From positions 12,049 to 76,048 of the forward strand of contig JAUCBJ010001812.1 in NCBI GenBank assembly GCA_032718475.1: a stretch of DNA of 64,000 nt, given 5' to 3'. Position numbers and translations under genes: made by a program. Source of the stretch: Nemertoderma westbladi. Its lineage: Eukaryota > Animalia > Xenacoelomorpha. The stretch's first letter is position 1, and every line of letters begins with the position of its first letter. The notes under the pieces were generated by a model. That model did no database searches, was not told the DNA's origin, and saw only the letters and a program-made list of their open reading frames with translations. Below are positions 10,719 through 25,700 of this stretch, in pieces.

Positions 10719-13700
10719 CTGAATAGAATGCAATTAATTTAGGTAGAATAAAGTCCGAAGTAGATAGCCCTGAATAGAATGCAATTAATTTAGGTAGAAT
10801 AAAGTCCGAAGTAAATAGCCCTGAATAGAATGCAATTAATTTAGGTAGAATAAAGTCCGAAGTAGATAGCCCTGAATGGAATGCAATTAATTTCGGTAGA
10901 ATAAAGTCCGAAGTAGATAGCCCTGAATAGAATGCAATTAATTTAGGTACAATTAATTTAGGTAGAATAAAGTCCGAAGTAGATAGCCCTGAATGGAATG
11001 CAATTAATTTCGGTAGAATAAAGTCCGAAGTAGATAGCCCTGAATAGAATGCAATTAATTTAGGTAGAATAAAGTCCGAAGTAGATAGCCCTGAATGGAA
11101 TGCAATTAATTTCGGTAGAATAAAGTCCGAAGTAGATAGCCCTGAATAGAATGCAATTAATTTAGGTAGAATAAACTCCGAAGTAGATAGTGCTGAATGG
11201 AATACAATTAATTTAGGTAGAATAAAGTCCGAAGTAGATAGTGCTGAATGGAATGCAATTAATTTCGGTAGAATAAAGTCCGAAGTAGATAGCCCTGAAT
11301 AGAATGCAATTAATTTAGGTAGAATAAACTCCGAAGTAGATAGTGCTGAATGGAATACAATTAATTTAGGTAGAATAAAGTCCGAAGTAGATAGTGCTGA
11401 ATGGAATGCAATTAATTTAGGTAGAATAAAGTCCGAAGTAGATAGTGCTGAATGGAATGCAATTAATTTAGGTAGAATAAAGTCCGAAGTAGATAGCCCT
11501 GAATGGAATACAATTAATTTAGGTAGAATAAAGTCCGAAGTAGATAGTGCTGAATGGAATGCAATTAATTTAGGTAGAATAAAGTCCGAAGTAGATAGTG
11601 CTGAATGGAATGCAATTAATTTAGGTAGAATAAAGTCCGATTAGATAGTGCTGAATGGAATGCAATTAATTTAGGTAGAATAAAGTCCGATTAGATAGTG
11701 CTGAATGGAATGCAATTAATTTAGGTAGAATAAAGTCCGAAGTAGATAGTGCTGAATGGAATGCAATTAATTTAGGTAGAATAAAGTCCGAGGTAGATAG
11801 TGCTGAATGGAATGCAATTAATTTAGGTAGAATAAAGTCCGAGGTAGATAGTGCTGAATGGAATGCAATTAATTTAGGTAGAATAAAGTCCGATTAGATA
11901 GTGCTGAATGGAATGCAATTAATTTAGGTAGAATAAAGTCCGATTAGATAGTGCTGAATGGAATACAATTAATTTAGGTAGAATAAAGTCCGAGGTAGAT
12001 AGTGCTGAATGGAATGCAATTAATTTAGGTAGAATAAAGTCCGAGGTAGATAGTGCTGAATGGAATGCAATTAATTTAGGTAGAATAAAGTCCGATTAGA
12101 TAGTGCTGAATGGAATACAATTAATTTAGGTAGAATAAAGTCCGAAGTAGATAGTGCTGAATGGAATGCAATTAATCTAGATAGAATAAACTCCGAAGTA
12201 AATAGTGCTGAATGGAATGCAATTAATTTAGGTAGAATAAACTCCGAAGTAGATAGTGCTGAATGGAATGCAATTAATCTAGATAGAATAAAGTCCGAAG
12301 TAGATAGTGCTGAATGGAATGCAATTAATTTAGGTAGAATAAAGTCCGAAGTAGATAGCCCTGAATGGAATGCAATTAATTTAGGTAGAATAAAGTCCGA
12401 AGTAGATAGTGCTGAATGGAATGCAATTAATTTAGGTAGAATAAACTCCGAAGTAGATAGTGCTGAATGGAATGCAATTAATCTAGATAGAATAAAGTCC
12501 GAAGTAGATAGTGCTGAATGGAATGCAATTAATTTAGGTAGAATAAAGTCCGAAGTAGATAGTGCTGAATGGAATGCAATTAATTTAGGTAGAATAAAGT
12601 CCGAAGTAGATAGTGCTGAATGGAATGCAATTAATTTAGGTAGAATAAACTCCGAAGTAGATAGTGCTGAATGGAATGCAATTAATCTAGATAGAATAAA
12701 GTCCGAAGTAGATAGTGCTGAATGGAATGCAATTAATCTAGATAGAATAAAGTCCGAGGTAGATAGTGCTGAATGGAATGCAATTAATTTAGGTAGAATA
12801 AAGTCCGATTAGATAGTGCTGAATGGAATGCAATTAATTTAGATACAATAAAGTCCGATTAGATAGTGCTGAATGGAATGCAATTAATCTAGATAGAATA
12901 AAGTCCGAAGTAGATAGTGCTGAATGGAATGCAATTAATTTAGGTAGAATAAACTCCGAAGTAAATAGTGCTGAATGGAATGCAATTAATTTAGGTAGAA
13001 TAAAGTCCGATTAGATAGTGCTGAATGGAATGCAATTAATCTAGATAGAATAAAGTCCGATTAGATAGTGCTGAATAGAATGCAATTAATTTAGGTAGAA
13101 TAAAGTCCGATTAGATAGTGCTGAATGGAATGCAATTAATTTAGGTAGAATAAAGTCCGAAGTAGATAGTGCTGAATGGAATGCAATTAATTTAGGTAGA
13201 ATAAAGTCCGAAGTAGATAGTGCTGAATGGAATGCAATTAATCTAGATAGAATAAAGTCCGAAGTAGATAGTGCTGAATGGAATGCAATTAATCTAGATA
13301 GAATAAAGTCCGATTAGATAGTGCTGAATAGAATGCAATTAATTTAGGTAGAATAAAGTCCGATTAGATAGTGCTGAATGGAATGCAATTAATTTAGGTA
13401 GAATAAAGTCCGAAGTAGATAGTGCTGAATGGAATGCAATTAATCTAGATAGAATAAAGTCCGAAGTAGATAGTGCTGAATGGAATGCAATTAATCTAGA
13501 TAGAATAAAGTCCGATTAGATAGTGCTGAATGGAATGCAATTAATTTAGATAGAATAAAGTCCGAAGTAGATAGTGCTGAATGGAATGCAATTAATTTAG
13601 GTAGAATAAACTCCGAAGTAAATAGTGCTGAATGGAATGCAATTAATTTAGGTAGAATAAAGTCCGATTAGATAGTGCTGAATGGAATGCAATTAATCTA

Positions 13701-16700
13701 GATAGAATAAAGTCCGATTAGATAGTGCTGAATAGAATGCAATTAATTTAGGTAGAATAAAGTCCGATTAGATAGTGCTGAATGGAATGCAATTAATTTA
13801 GGTAGAATAAAGTCCGAAGTAGATAGTGCTGAATGGAATGCAATTAATTTAGGTAGAATAAAGTCCGAAGTAGATAGTGCTGAATGGAATGCAATTAATC
13901 TAGATAGAATAAAGTCCGATTAGATAGTGCTGAATGGAATGCAATTAATTTAGATAGAATAAAGTCCGAAGTAGATAGTGCTGAATGGAATGCAATTAAT
14001 TTAGGTAGAATAAACTCCGAAGTAAATAGTGCTGAATGGAATGCAATTAATTTAGGTAGAATAAAGTCCGATTAGATAGTGCTGAATGGAATGCAATTAA
14101 TCTAGATAGAATAAAGTCCGATTAGATAGTGCTGAATAGAATGCAATTAATTTAGGTAGAATAAAGTCCGATTAGATAGTGCTGAATGGAATGCAATTAA
14201 TTTAGGTAGAATAAAGTCCGATTAGATAGTGCTGAATGGAATGCAATTAATCTAGATAGAATAAAGTCCGAAGTAGATAGTGCTGAATGGAATGCAATTA
14301 ATCTAGATAGAATAAAGTCCGATTAGATAGTGCTGAATAGAATGCAATTAATTTAGGTAGAATAAAGTCCGATTAGATAGTGCTGAATGGAATGCAATTA
14401 ATCTAGATAGAATAAAGTCCGATTAGATAGTGCTGAATGGAATGCAATTAATTTAGGTAGAATAAAGTCCGATTAGATAGTGCTGAATGGAATGCAATTA
14501 ATCTAGATAGAATAAAGTCCGAAGTAGATAGTGCTGAATGGAATGCAATTAATCTAGATAGAATAAAGTCCGAAGTAGATAGTGCTGAATGGAATGCAAT
14601 TAATTTAGATAGAATAAAGTCCGATTAGATAGCCCTGAATGGAATGCAATTAATTTAGGTAGAATAAACTCCGAAGTAAATAGTGCTGAATGGAATGCAA
14701 TTAATTTAGGTAGAATAAAGTCCGATTAGATAGTGCTGAATGGAATGCAATTAATCTAGATAGAATAAAGTCCGATTAGATAGTGCTGAATAGAATGCAA
14801 TTAATTTAGGTAGAATAAAGTCCGATTAGATAGTGCTGAATGGAATGCAATTAATCTAGATAGAATAAAGTCCGAAGTAGATAGTGCTGAATGGAATGCA
14901 ATTAATCTAGATAGAATAAAGTCCGATTAGATAGTGCTGAATGGAATGCAATTAATTTAGGTAGAATAAAGTCCGATTAGATAGTGCTGAATGGAATGCA
15001 ATTAATTTAGGTAGAATAAAGTCCGATTAGATAGTGCTGAATGGAATGCAATTAATCTAGATAGAATAAAGTCCGAAGTAGATAGTGCTGAATGGAATGC
15101 AATTAATTTAGGTAGAATAAACTCCGAAGTAAATAGTGCTGAATGGAATGCAATTAATTTAGGTATAATAAAGTCCGAAGTAGATAGTGCTGAATGGAAT
15201 GCAATTAATCTAGATAGAATAAAGTCCGAAGTAGATAGTGCTGAATGGAATGCAATTAATTTAGGTAGAATAAACTCCGAAGTAAATAGTGCTGAATGGA
15301 ATGCAATTAATTTAGGTAGAATAAAGTCCGATTAGATAGTGCTGAATGGAATGCAATTAATTTAGGTAGAATAAAGTCCGATTAGATAGTGCTGAATGGA
15401 ATGCAATTAATCTAGATAGAATAAAGTCCGAAGTAGATAGTGCTGAATGGAATGCAATTAATTTAGGTAGAATAAACTCCGAAGTAAATAGTGCTGAATG
15501 GAATGCAATTAATTTAGGTAGAATAAAGTCCGATTAGATAGTGCTGAATGGAATGCAATTAATCTAGATAGAATAAAGTCCGAAGTAGATAGTGCTGAAT
15601 GGAATGCAATTAATTTAGGTAGAATAAACTCCGAAGTAAATAGTGCTGAATGGAATGCAATTAATTTAGGTAGAATAAAGTCCGATTAGATAGTGCTGAA
15701 TGGAATGCAATTAATTTAGATAGAATAAAGTCCGAAGTAAATAGTGCTGAATGGAATGCAATTAATTTAGGTAGAATAAAGTCCGATTAGATAGTGCTGA
15801 ATGGAATGCAATTAATCTAGATAGAATAAACTCCGAAGTAAATAGTGCTGAATGGAATGCAATTAATTTAGGTAGAATAAAGTCCGATTAGATAGTGCTG
15901 AATGGAATGCAATTAATTTAGATAGAATAAAGTCCGAAGTAAATAGTGCTGAATGGAATGCAATTAATTTAGGTAGAATAAAGTCCGATTAGATAGTGCT
16001 GAATGGAATGCAATTAATTTAGATAGAATAAAGTCCGATTAGATAGCCCTGAATGGAATGCAATTAATTTAGGTAGAATAAACTCCGAAGTAAATAGTGC
16101 TGAATGGAATGCAATTAATTTAGGTAGAATAAAGTCCGATTAGATAGTGCTGAATGGAATGCAATTAATTTAGATAGAATAAAGTCCGAAGTAAATAGTG
16201 CTGAATGGAATGCAATTAATTTAGGTAGAATAAAGTCCGATTAGATAGTGCTGAATGGAATGCAATTAATTTAGATAGAATAAAGTCCGATTAGATAGCC
16301 CTGAATGGAATGCAATTAATTTAGGTAGAATAAACTCCGAAGTAAATAGTGCTGAATGGAATGCAATTAATTTAGGTAGAATAAAGTCCGATTAGATAGT
16401 GCTGAATGGAATGCAATTAATCTAGATAGAATAAAGTCCGAAGTAGATAGTGCTGAATGGAATGCAATTAATTTAGATAGAATAAAGTCCGATTAGATAG
16501 CCCTGAATGGAATGCAATTAATTTAGGTAGAATAAACTCCGAAGTAAATAGTGCTGAATGGAATGCAATTAATTTAGGTAGAATAAAGTCCGATTAGATA
16601 GTGCTGAATGGAATGCAATTAATCTAGATAGAATAAAGTCCGATTAGATAGTGCTGAATAGAATGCAATTAATTTAGGTAGAATAAAGTCCGATTAGATA

Positions 16701-19700
16701 GTGCTGAATGGAATGCAATTAATCTAGATAGAATAAAGTCCGAAGTAGATAGTGCTGAATGGAATGCAATTAATCTAGATAGAATAAAGTCCGATTAGAT
16801 AGTGCTGAATGGAATGCAATTAATTTAGATAGAATAAAGTCCGAAGTAAATAGTGCTGAATGGAATGCAATTAATTTAGGTAGAATAAACTCCGAAGTAA
16901 ATAGTGCTGAATGGAATGCAATTAATTTAGGTAGAATAAAGTCCGATTAGATAGTGCTGAATGGAATGCAATTAATTTAGATAGAATAAAGTCCGAAGTA
17001 AATAGTGCTGAATGGAATGCAATTAATTTAGGTAGAATAAAGTCCGATTAGATAGTGCTGAATGGAATGCAATTAATTTAGGTAGAATAAAGTCCGAGGT
17101 AGATAGTGCTGAATGGAATGCAATTAATTTAGATAGAATAAAGTCCGAAGTAAATAGTGCTGAATGGAATGCAATTAATTTAGGTAGAATAAAGTCCGAT
17201 TAGATAGTGCTGAATGGAATGCAATTAATTTAGATAGAATAAAGTCCGATTAGATAGCGCTGAATGGAATACAATTAATCTAGATAGAATAAAGTCCGAA
17301 GTAGATAGTGCTGAATGGAATGCAATTAATTTAGATAGAATAAAGTCCGATTAGATAGCCCTGAATGGAATGCAATTAATTTAGGTAGAATAAACTCCGA
17401 AGTAAATAGTGCTGAATGGAATGCAATTAATTTAGATAGAATAAAGTCCGATTAGATAGCGCTGAATGGAATACAATTAATCTAGATAGAATAAAGTCCG
17501 AAGTAGATAGTGCTGAATGGAATGCAATTAATTTAGATAGAATAAAGTCCGATTAGATAGCCCTGAATGGAATGCAATTAATTTAGGTAGAATAAACTCC
17601 GAAGTAAATAGTGCTGAATGGAATGCAATTAATTTAGGTAGAATAAAGTCCGATTAGATAGTGCTGAATGGAATGCAATTAATCTAGATAGAATAAAGTC
17701 CGAAGTAGATAGTGCTGAATGGAATGCAATTAATTTAGATAGAATAAAGTCCGATTAGATAGCCCTGAATGGAATGCAATTAATTTAGGTAGAATAAACT
17801 CCGAAGTAAATAGTGCTGAATGGAATGCAATTAATTTAGGTAGAATAAAGTCCGATTAGATAGCGCTGAATGGAATGCAATTAATTTAGATAGAATAAAG
17901 TCCGAAGTAGATAGTGCTGAATGGAATGCAATTAATCTAGATAGAATAAAGTCCGATTAGATAGTGCTGAATGGAATGCAATTAATCTAGATAGAATAAA
18001 GTCCGAAGTAGATAGTGCTGAATGGAATGCAATTAATCTAGATAGAATAAAGTCCGATTAGATAGTGCTGAATGGAATGCAATTAATTTAGGTAGAATAA
18101 AGTCCGAGGTAGATAGTGCTGAATGGAATGCAATTAATTTAGGTAGAATAAAGTCCGAAGTAGATAGTGCTGAATGGAATGCAATTAATCTAGATAGAAT
18201 AAAGTCCGAAGTAGATAGTGCTGAATGGAATGCAATTAATCTAGATAGAATAAAGTCCGATTAGATAGTGCTGAATAGAATGCAATTAATTTAGGTAGAA
18301 TAAAGTCCGATTAGATAGCGCTGAATGGAATGCAATTAATTTAGATAGAATAAAGTCCGAAGTAGATAGTGCTGAATGGAATGCAATTAATCTAGATAGA
18401 ATAAAGTCCGATTAGATAGTGCTGAATGGAATGCAATTAATCTAGATAGAATAAAGTCCGAAGTAGATAGTGCTGAATGGAATGCAATTAATCTAGATAG
18501 AATAAAGTCCGATTAGATAGTGCTGAATGGAATGCAATTAATTTAGGTAGAATAAAGTCCGAGGTAGATAGTGCTGAATGGAATGCAATTAATTTAGGTA
18601 GAATAAAGTCCGAAGTAGATAGTGCTGAATGGAATGCAATTAATCTAGATAGAATAAAGTCCGAAGTAGATAGTGCTGAATGGAATGCAATTAATCTAGA
18701 TAGAATAAAGTCCGATTAGATAGTGCTGAATAGAATGCAATTAATTTAGGTAGAATAAAGTCCGATTAGATAGTGCTGAATGGAATGCAATTAATCTAGA
18801 TAGAATAAAGTCCGAAGTAGATAGTGCTGAATGGAATGCAATTAATCTAGATAGAATAAAGTCCGATTAGATAGTGCTGAATGGAATGCAATTAATTTAG
18901 GTAGAATAAAGTCCGAGGTAGATAGTGCTGAATGGAATGCAATTAATTTAGGTAGAATAAAGTCCGAAGTAGATAGTGCTGAATGGAATGCAATTAATCT
19001 AGATAGAATAAAGTCCGAAGTAGATAGTGCTGAATGGAATGCAATTAATTTAGGTAGAATAAAGTCCGAAGTAGATAGTGCTGAATGGAATGCAATTAAT
19101 CTAGATAGAATAAACTCCGAAGTAAATAGTGCTGAATGGAATGCAATTAATTTAGATAGAATAAACTCCGAAGTAGATAGTGCTGAATGGAATGCAATTA
19201 ATTTAGGTAGAATAAAGTCCGATTAGATAGTGCTGAATGGAATGCAATTAATTTAGGTAGAATAAAGTCCGATTAGATAGTGCTGAATAGAATGCAATTA
19301 ATTTAGGTAGAATAAAGTCCGATTAGATAGTGCTGAATGGAATGCAATTAATCTAGATAGAATAAAGTCCGAAGTAGATAGTGTTGAATGGAATGCAATT
19401 AATTTAGGTAGAATAAAGTCCGAAGTAGATAGTGCTGAATGGAATGCAATTAATCTAGATAGAATAAAGTCCGAAGTAGATAGTGCTGAATGGAATGCAA
19501 TTAATCTAGATAGAATAAAGTCCGATTAGATAGTGCTGAATGGAATGCAATTAATTTAGATAGAATAAAGTCCGAAGTAGATAGTGCTGAATAGAATGCA
19601 ATTAATTTAGGTAGAATAAAGTCCGATTAGATAGTGCTGAATGGAATGCAATTAATTTAGATAGAATAAAGTCCGAAGTAGATAGTGCTGAATGGAATGC

Positions 19701-22700
19701 AATTAATCTAGATAGAATAAAGTAAGAAGTAGATAGCCCTGAATGGAATGCAATTAATCTAGATAGAATAAAGTCCGATTAGATAGTGCTGAATGGAATA
19801 CAATTAATTTTGGTAGAATAAAGTCCGAGGTAGATAGTGCTGAATGGAATGCAATTAATTTAGGTAGAATAAAGTCCGAGGTAGATAGTGCTGAATGGAA
19901 TGCAATTAATTTAGGTAGAATAAAGTCCGAGGTAGATAGTGCTGAATGGAATGCAATTAATTTAGGTAGAATAAAGTCCGAGGTAGATAGTGCTGAATGG
20001 AATGCAATTAATTTAGGTAGAATAAAGTCCGAGGTAGATAGTGCTGAATGGAATGCAATTAATTTAGGTAGAATAAAGTCCGAAGTAGATAGTGCTGAAT
20101 GGAATGCAATTAATTTAGGTAGAATAAAGTCCGAGGTAGATAGTGCTGAATGGAATGCAATTAATTTAGGTAGAATAAAGTCCGAGGTAGATAGTGCTGA
20201 ATGGAATGCAATTAATTTAGGTAGAATAAAGTCCGAAGTAGATAGTGCTGAATGGAATGCAATTAATCTAGATAGAATAAAGTCCGAAGTAGATAGTGCT
20301 GAATGGAATGCAATTAATCTAGATAGAATAAAGTCCGAAGTAAATAGTGCTGAATGGAATGCAATTAATCTAGATAGAATAAAGTCCGATTAGATAGTGC
20401 TGAATGGAATGCAATTAATTTAGGTAGAATAAAGTCCGATTAGATAGTGCTGAATGGAATGCAATTAATCTAGATAGAATAAAGTCCGAAGTAGATAGTG
20501 CTGAATGGAATGCAATTAATTTAGGTAGAATAAAGTCCGAAGTAGATAGTGCTGAATGGAATGCAATTAATTTAGGTAGAATAAAGTCCGAAGTAGATAG
20601 TGCTGAATGGAATGCAATTAATCTAGATACAATAAAGTCCGATTAGATAGTGCTGAATGGAATGCAATTAATCTAGATAGAATAAAGTCCGAAGTAGATA
20701 GTGCTGAATGGAATGCAATTAATTTAGGTAGAATAAAGTCCGAAGTAGATAGCGCTGAATGGAATGCAATTAATCTAGATAGAATAAAGTCCGATTAGAT
20801 AGTGCTGAATGGAATGCAATTAATTTAGGTAGAATAAAGTCCGATTAGATAGTGCTGAATGGAATGCAATTAATCTAGATAGAATAAAGTCCGAAGTAGA
20901 TAGTGCTGAATGGAATGCAATTAATTTAGGTAGAATAAAGTCCGAAGTAGATTGCGCTGAATGGAATGCAATTAATCTAGATAGAATAAAGTCCGATTAG
21001 ATAGTGCTGAATGGAATGCAATTAATTTAGGTAGAATAAAGTCCGATTAGATAGTGCTGAATGGAATGCAATTAATTTAGGTAGAATAAAGTCCGAAGTA
21101 GATAGTGCTGAATGGAATGCAATTAATTTAGATAGAATAAAGTCCGATTAGATAGTGCTGAATGGAATGCAATTAATTTAGGTAGAATAAAGTCCGAAGT
21201 AGATAGTGCTGAATGGAATGCAATTAATTTAGATAGAATAAAGTCCGATTAGATTGTGCTGAATGGAATGCAATTAATTTAGGTAGAATAAAGTCCGAGG
21301 TAGATAGTGCTGAATGGAATGCAATTAATCTAGATAGAATAAAGTCCGAAGTAGATAGCCCTGAATGGAATGCAATTAATTTAGGTAGAATAGGGCCTAA
21401 AGTCCGATTAGATAGTGCTGAATGGAATGCAATTAATTTAGGTAGAATAAACTCCGAAGTAGATAGTGCTGAATGGAATGCAATTAATCTAGATAGAATA
21501 AAGTCCGAAGTAGATAGTGCTGAATGGAATGCAATTAATTTAGGTAGAATAAAGTCCGAAGTAGATAGTGCTGAATGGAATGCAATTAATCTAGATAGAA
21601 TAAACTCCGAAGTAAATAGTGCTGAATGGAATGCAATTAATTTAGGTAGAATAAAGTCCGAAGTAGATAGTGCTGAATGGAATGCAATTAATTTAGGTAG
21701 AATAAAGTCCGAAGTAGATAGTGCTGAATGGAATGCAATTAATTTAGGTAGAATAAAGTCCGATTAGATAGTGCTGAATGGAATGCAATTAATCTAGATA
21801 GAATAAAGTCCGATTAGATAGTGCTGAATGGAATGCAATTAATTTAGGTAGAATAAAGTCCGATTAGATAGTGCTGAATGGAATGCAATTAATTTAGGTA
21901 GAATAAACTCCGAAGTAGATAGTGCTGAATGGAATGCAATTAATTTAGATAGAATAAAGTCCGAAGTAGATAGTGCTGAATGGAATGCAATTAATCTAGA
22001 TAGAATAAACTCCGAAGTAAATAGTGCTGAATGGAATGCAATTAATTTAGGTAGAATAAACTCCGAAGTAGATAGTGCTGAATGGAATGCAATTAATTTA
22101 GATAGAATAAAGTCCGAAGTAGATAGTGCTGAATGGAATGCAATTAATTTAGGTAGAATAAAGTCCGAAGTAGATAGTGCTGAATGGAATGCAATTAATC
22201 TAGATAGAATAAACTCCGAAGTAAATAGTGCTGAATGGAATGCAATTAATTTAGATAGAATAAACTCCGAAGTAGATAGTGCTGAATGGAATGCAATTAA
22301 TTTAGGTAGAATAAAGTCCGAAGTAAATAGTGCTGAATGGAATGCAATTAATTTAGGTAGAATAAACTCCGAAGTAGATAGTGCTGAATGGAATGCAATT
22401 AATCTAGATAGAATAAACTCCGAAGTAAATAGTGCTGAATGGAATGCAATTAATTTAGGTAGAATAAACTCCGAAGTAGATAGTGCTGAATGGAATGCAA
22501 TTAATCTAGATAGAATAAACTCCGAAGTAAATAGTGCTGAATGGAATGCAATTAATTTAGGTAGAATAAACTCCGAAGTAGATAGTGCTGAATGGAATAC
22601 AATTAATTTAGATAGAATAAAGTCCGAAGTAGATAGTGCTGAATGGAATGCAATTAATCTAGATAGAATAAACTCCGAAGTAAATAGTGCTGAATGGAAT

Positions 22701-25700
22701 GCAATTAATTTAGGTAGAATAAAGTCCGAAGTAGATAGTGCTGAATGGAATGCAATTAATCTAGATAGAATAAAGTCCGATTAGATAGTGCTGAATGGAA
22801 TGCAATTAATCTAGATAGAATAAAGTCCGAAGTAGATAGTGCTGAATGGAATGCAATTAATCTAGATAGAATAAACTCCGAAGTAAATAGTGCTGAATGG
22901 AATGCAATTAATTTAGGTAGAATAAAGTCCGAAGTAGATAGTGCTGAATGGAATGCAATTAATTTAGATAGAATAAAGTCCGAAGTAGATAGTGCTGAAT
23001 GGAATGCAATTAATTTAGGTAGAATAAAGTCCGAAGTAGATAGTGCTGAATGGAATGCAATTAATCTAGATAGAATAAACTCCGAAGTAAATAGTGCTGA
23101 ATGGAATGCAATTAATTTAGATAGAATAAACTCCGAAGTAGATAGTGCTGAATGGAATGCAATTAATTTAGGTAGAATAAAGTCCGAAGTAAATAGTGCT
23201 GAATGGAATGCAATTAATTTAGGTAGAATAAACTCCGAAGTAGATAGTGCTGAATGGAATGCAATTAATCTAGATAGAATAAACTCCGAAGTAGATAGTG
23301 CTGAATGGAATGCAATTAATTTAGGTAGAATAAAGTCCGAAGTAAATAGTGCTGAATGGAATGCAATTAATTTAGGTAGAATAAACTCCGAAGTAGATAG
23401 TGCTGAATGGAATGCAATTAATCTAGATAGAATAAACTCCGAAGTAAATAGTGCTGAATGGAATGCAATTAATTTAGGTAGAATAAACTCCGAAGTAGAT
23501 AGTGCTGAATGGAATGCAATTAATCTAGATAGAATAAACTCCGAAGTAAATAGTGCTGAATGGAATGCAATTAATTTAGGTAGAATAAACTCCGAAGTAG
23601 ATAGTGCTGAATGGAATGCAATTAATTTAGATAGAATAAAGTCCGAAGTAGATAGTGCTGAATGGAATGCAATTAATTTAGGTAGAATAAAGTCCGAAGT
23701 AGATAGTGCTGAATGGAATGCAATTAATCTAGATAGAATAAACTCCGAAGTAAATAGTGCTGAATGGAATGCAATTAATTTAGATAGAATAAACTCCGAA
23801 GTAGATAGTGCTGAATGGAATGCAATTAATTTAGGTAGAATAAAGTCCGAAGTAAATAGTGCTGAATGGAATGCAATTAATTTAGGTAGAATAAACTCCG
23901 AAGTAGATAGTGCTGAATGGAATGCAATTAATCTAGATAGAATAAACTCCGAAGTAAATAGTGCTGAATGGAATGCAATTAATTTAGGTAGAATAAACTC
24001 CGAAGTAGATAGTGCTGAATGGAATGCAATTAATCTAGATAGAATAAACTCCGAAGTAAATAGTGCTGAATGGAATGCAATTAATTTAGGTAGAATAAAC
24101 TCCGAAGTAGATAGTGCTGAATGGAATACAATTAATTTAGATAGAATAAAGTCCGAAGTAGATAGTGCTGAATGGAATGCAATTAATCTAGATAGAATAA
24201 ACTCCGAAGTAAATAGTGCTGAATGGAATGCAATTAATTTAGGTAGAATAAAGTCCGAAGTAGATAGTGCTGAATGGAATGCAATTAATCTAGATAGAAT
24301 AAAGTCCGATTAGATAGTGCTGAATGGAATGCAATTAATTTAGGTAGAATAAACTCCGAAGTAGATAGTGCTGAATGGAATGCAATTAATCTAGATAGAA
24401 TAAACTCCGAAGTAAATAGTGCTGAATGGAATGCAATTAATTTAGGTAGAATAAAGTCCGAAGTAGATAGTGCTGAATGGAATGCAATTAATTTAGGTAG
24501 AATAAACTCCGAAGTAGATAGTGCTGAATGGAATGCAATTAATTTAGGTAGAATAAAGTCCGAAGTAGATAGTGCTGAATGGAATGCAATTAATTTAGGT
24601 AGAATAAAGTCCGAAGTAGATAGTGCTGAATGGAATGCAATTAATTTAGGTAGAATAAAGTCCGATTAGATAGTGCTGAATGGAATACAATTAATTTAGG
24701 TAGAATAAAGTCCGAAGTAGATAGTGCTGAATGGAATGCAATTAATTTAGGTAGAATAAAGTCCGATTAGATAGTGCTGAATGGAATGCAATTAATCTAG
24801 ATAGAATAAACTCCGAAGTAAATAGTGCTGAATGGAATGCAATTAATTTAGGTAGAATAAACTCCGAAGTAGATAGTGCTGAATGGAATGCAATTAATCT
24901 AGATAGAATAAACTCCGAAGTAAATAGTGCTGAATGGAATGCAATTAATTTAGGTAGAATAAAGTCCGAAGTAGATAGTGCTGAATGGAATGCAATTAAT
25001 TTAGGTAGAATAAAGTCCGATTAGATAGTGCTGAATGGAATGCAATTAATCTAGATAGAATAAACTCCGAAGTAAATAGTGCTGAATGGAATGCAATTAA
25101 TTTAGGTAGAATAAACTCCGAAGTAGATAGTGCTGAATGGAATGCAATTAATTTAGGTAGAATAAAGTCCGAAGTAGATAGCCCTGAATGGAATGCAATT
25201 AATTTAGGTAGAATAAAGTCCGAAGTAGATAGTGCTGAATGGAATGCAATTAATCTAGATAGAATAAACTCCGAAGTAAATAGTGCTGAATGGAATGCAA
25301 TTAATTTAGGTAGAATAAAGTCCGAAGTAGATAGTGCTGAATGGAATGCAATTAATTTAGGTAGAATAAACTCCGAAGTAGATAGTGCTGAATGGAATGC
25401 AATTAATTTAGGTAGAATAAACTCCGAAGTAAATAGTGCTGAATGGAATGCAATTAATTTAGGTAGAATAAAGTCCGAAGTAGATAGTGCTGAATGGAAT
25501 GCAATTAATTTAGGTAGAATAAACTCCGAAGTAGATAGTGCTGAATGGAATGCAATTAATTTAGGTAGAATAAAGTCCGAAGTAGATAGTGCTGAATGGA
25601 ATGCAATTAATTTAGGTAGAATAAAGTCCGAAGTAGATAGTGCTGAATGGAATGCAATTAATTTAGGTAGAATAAACTCCGAAGTAGATAGTGCTGAATG

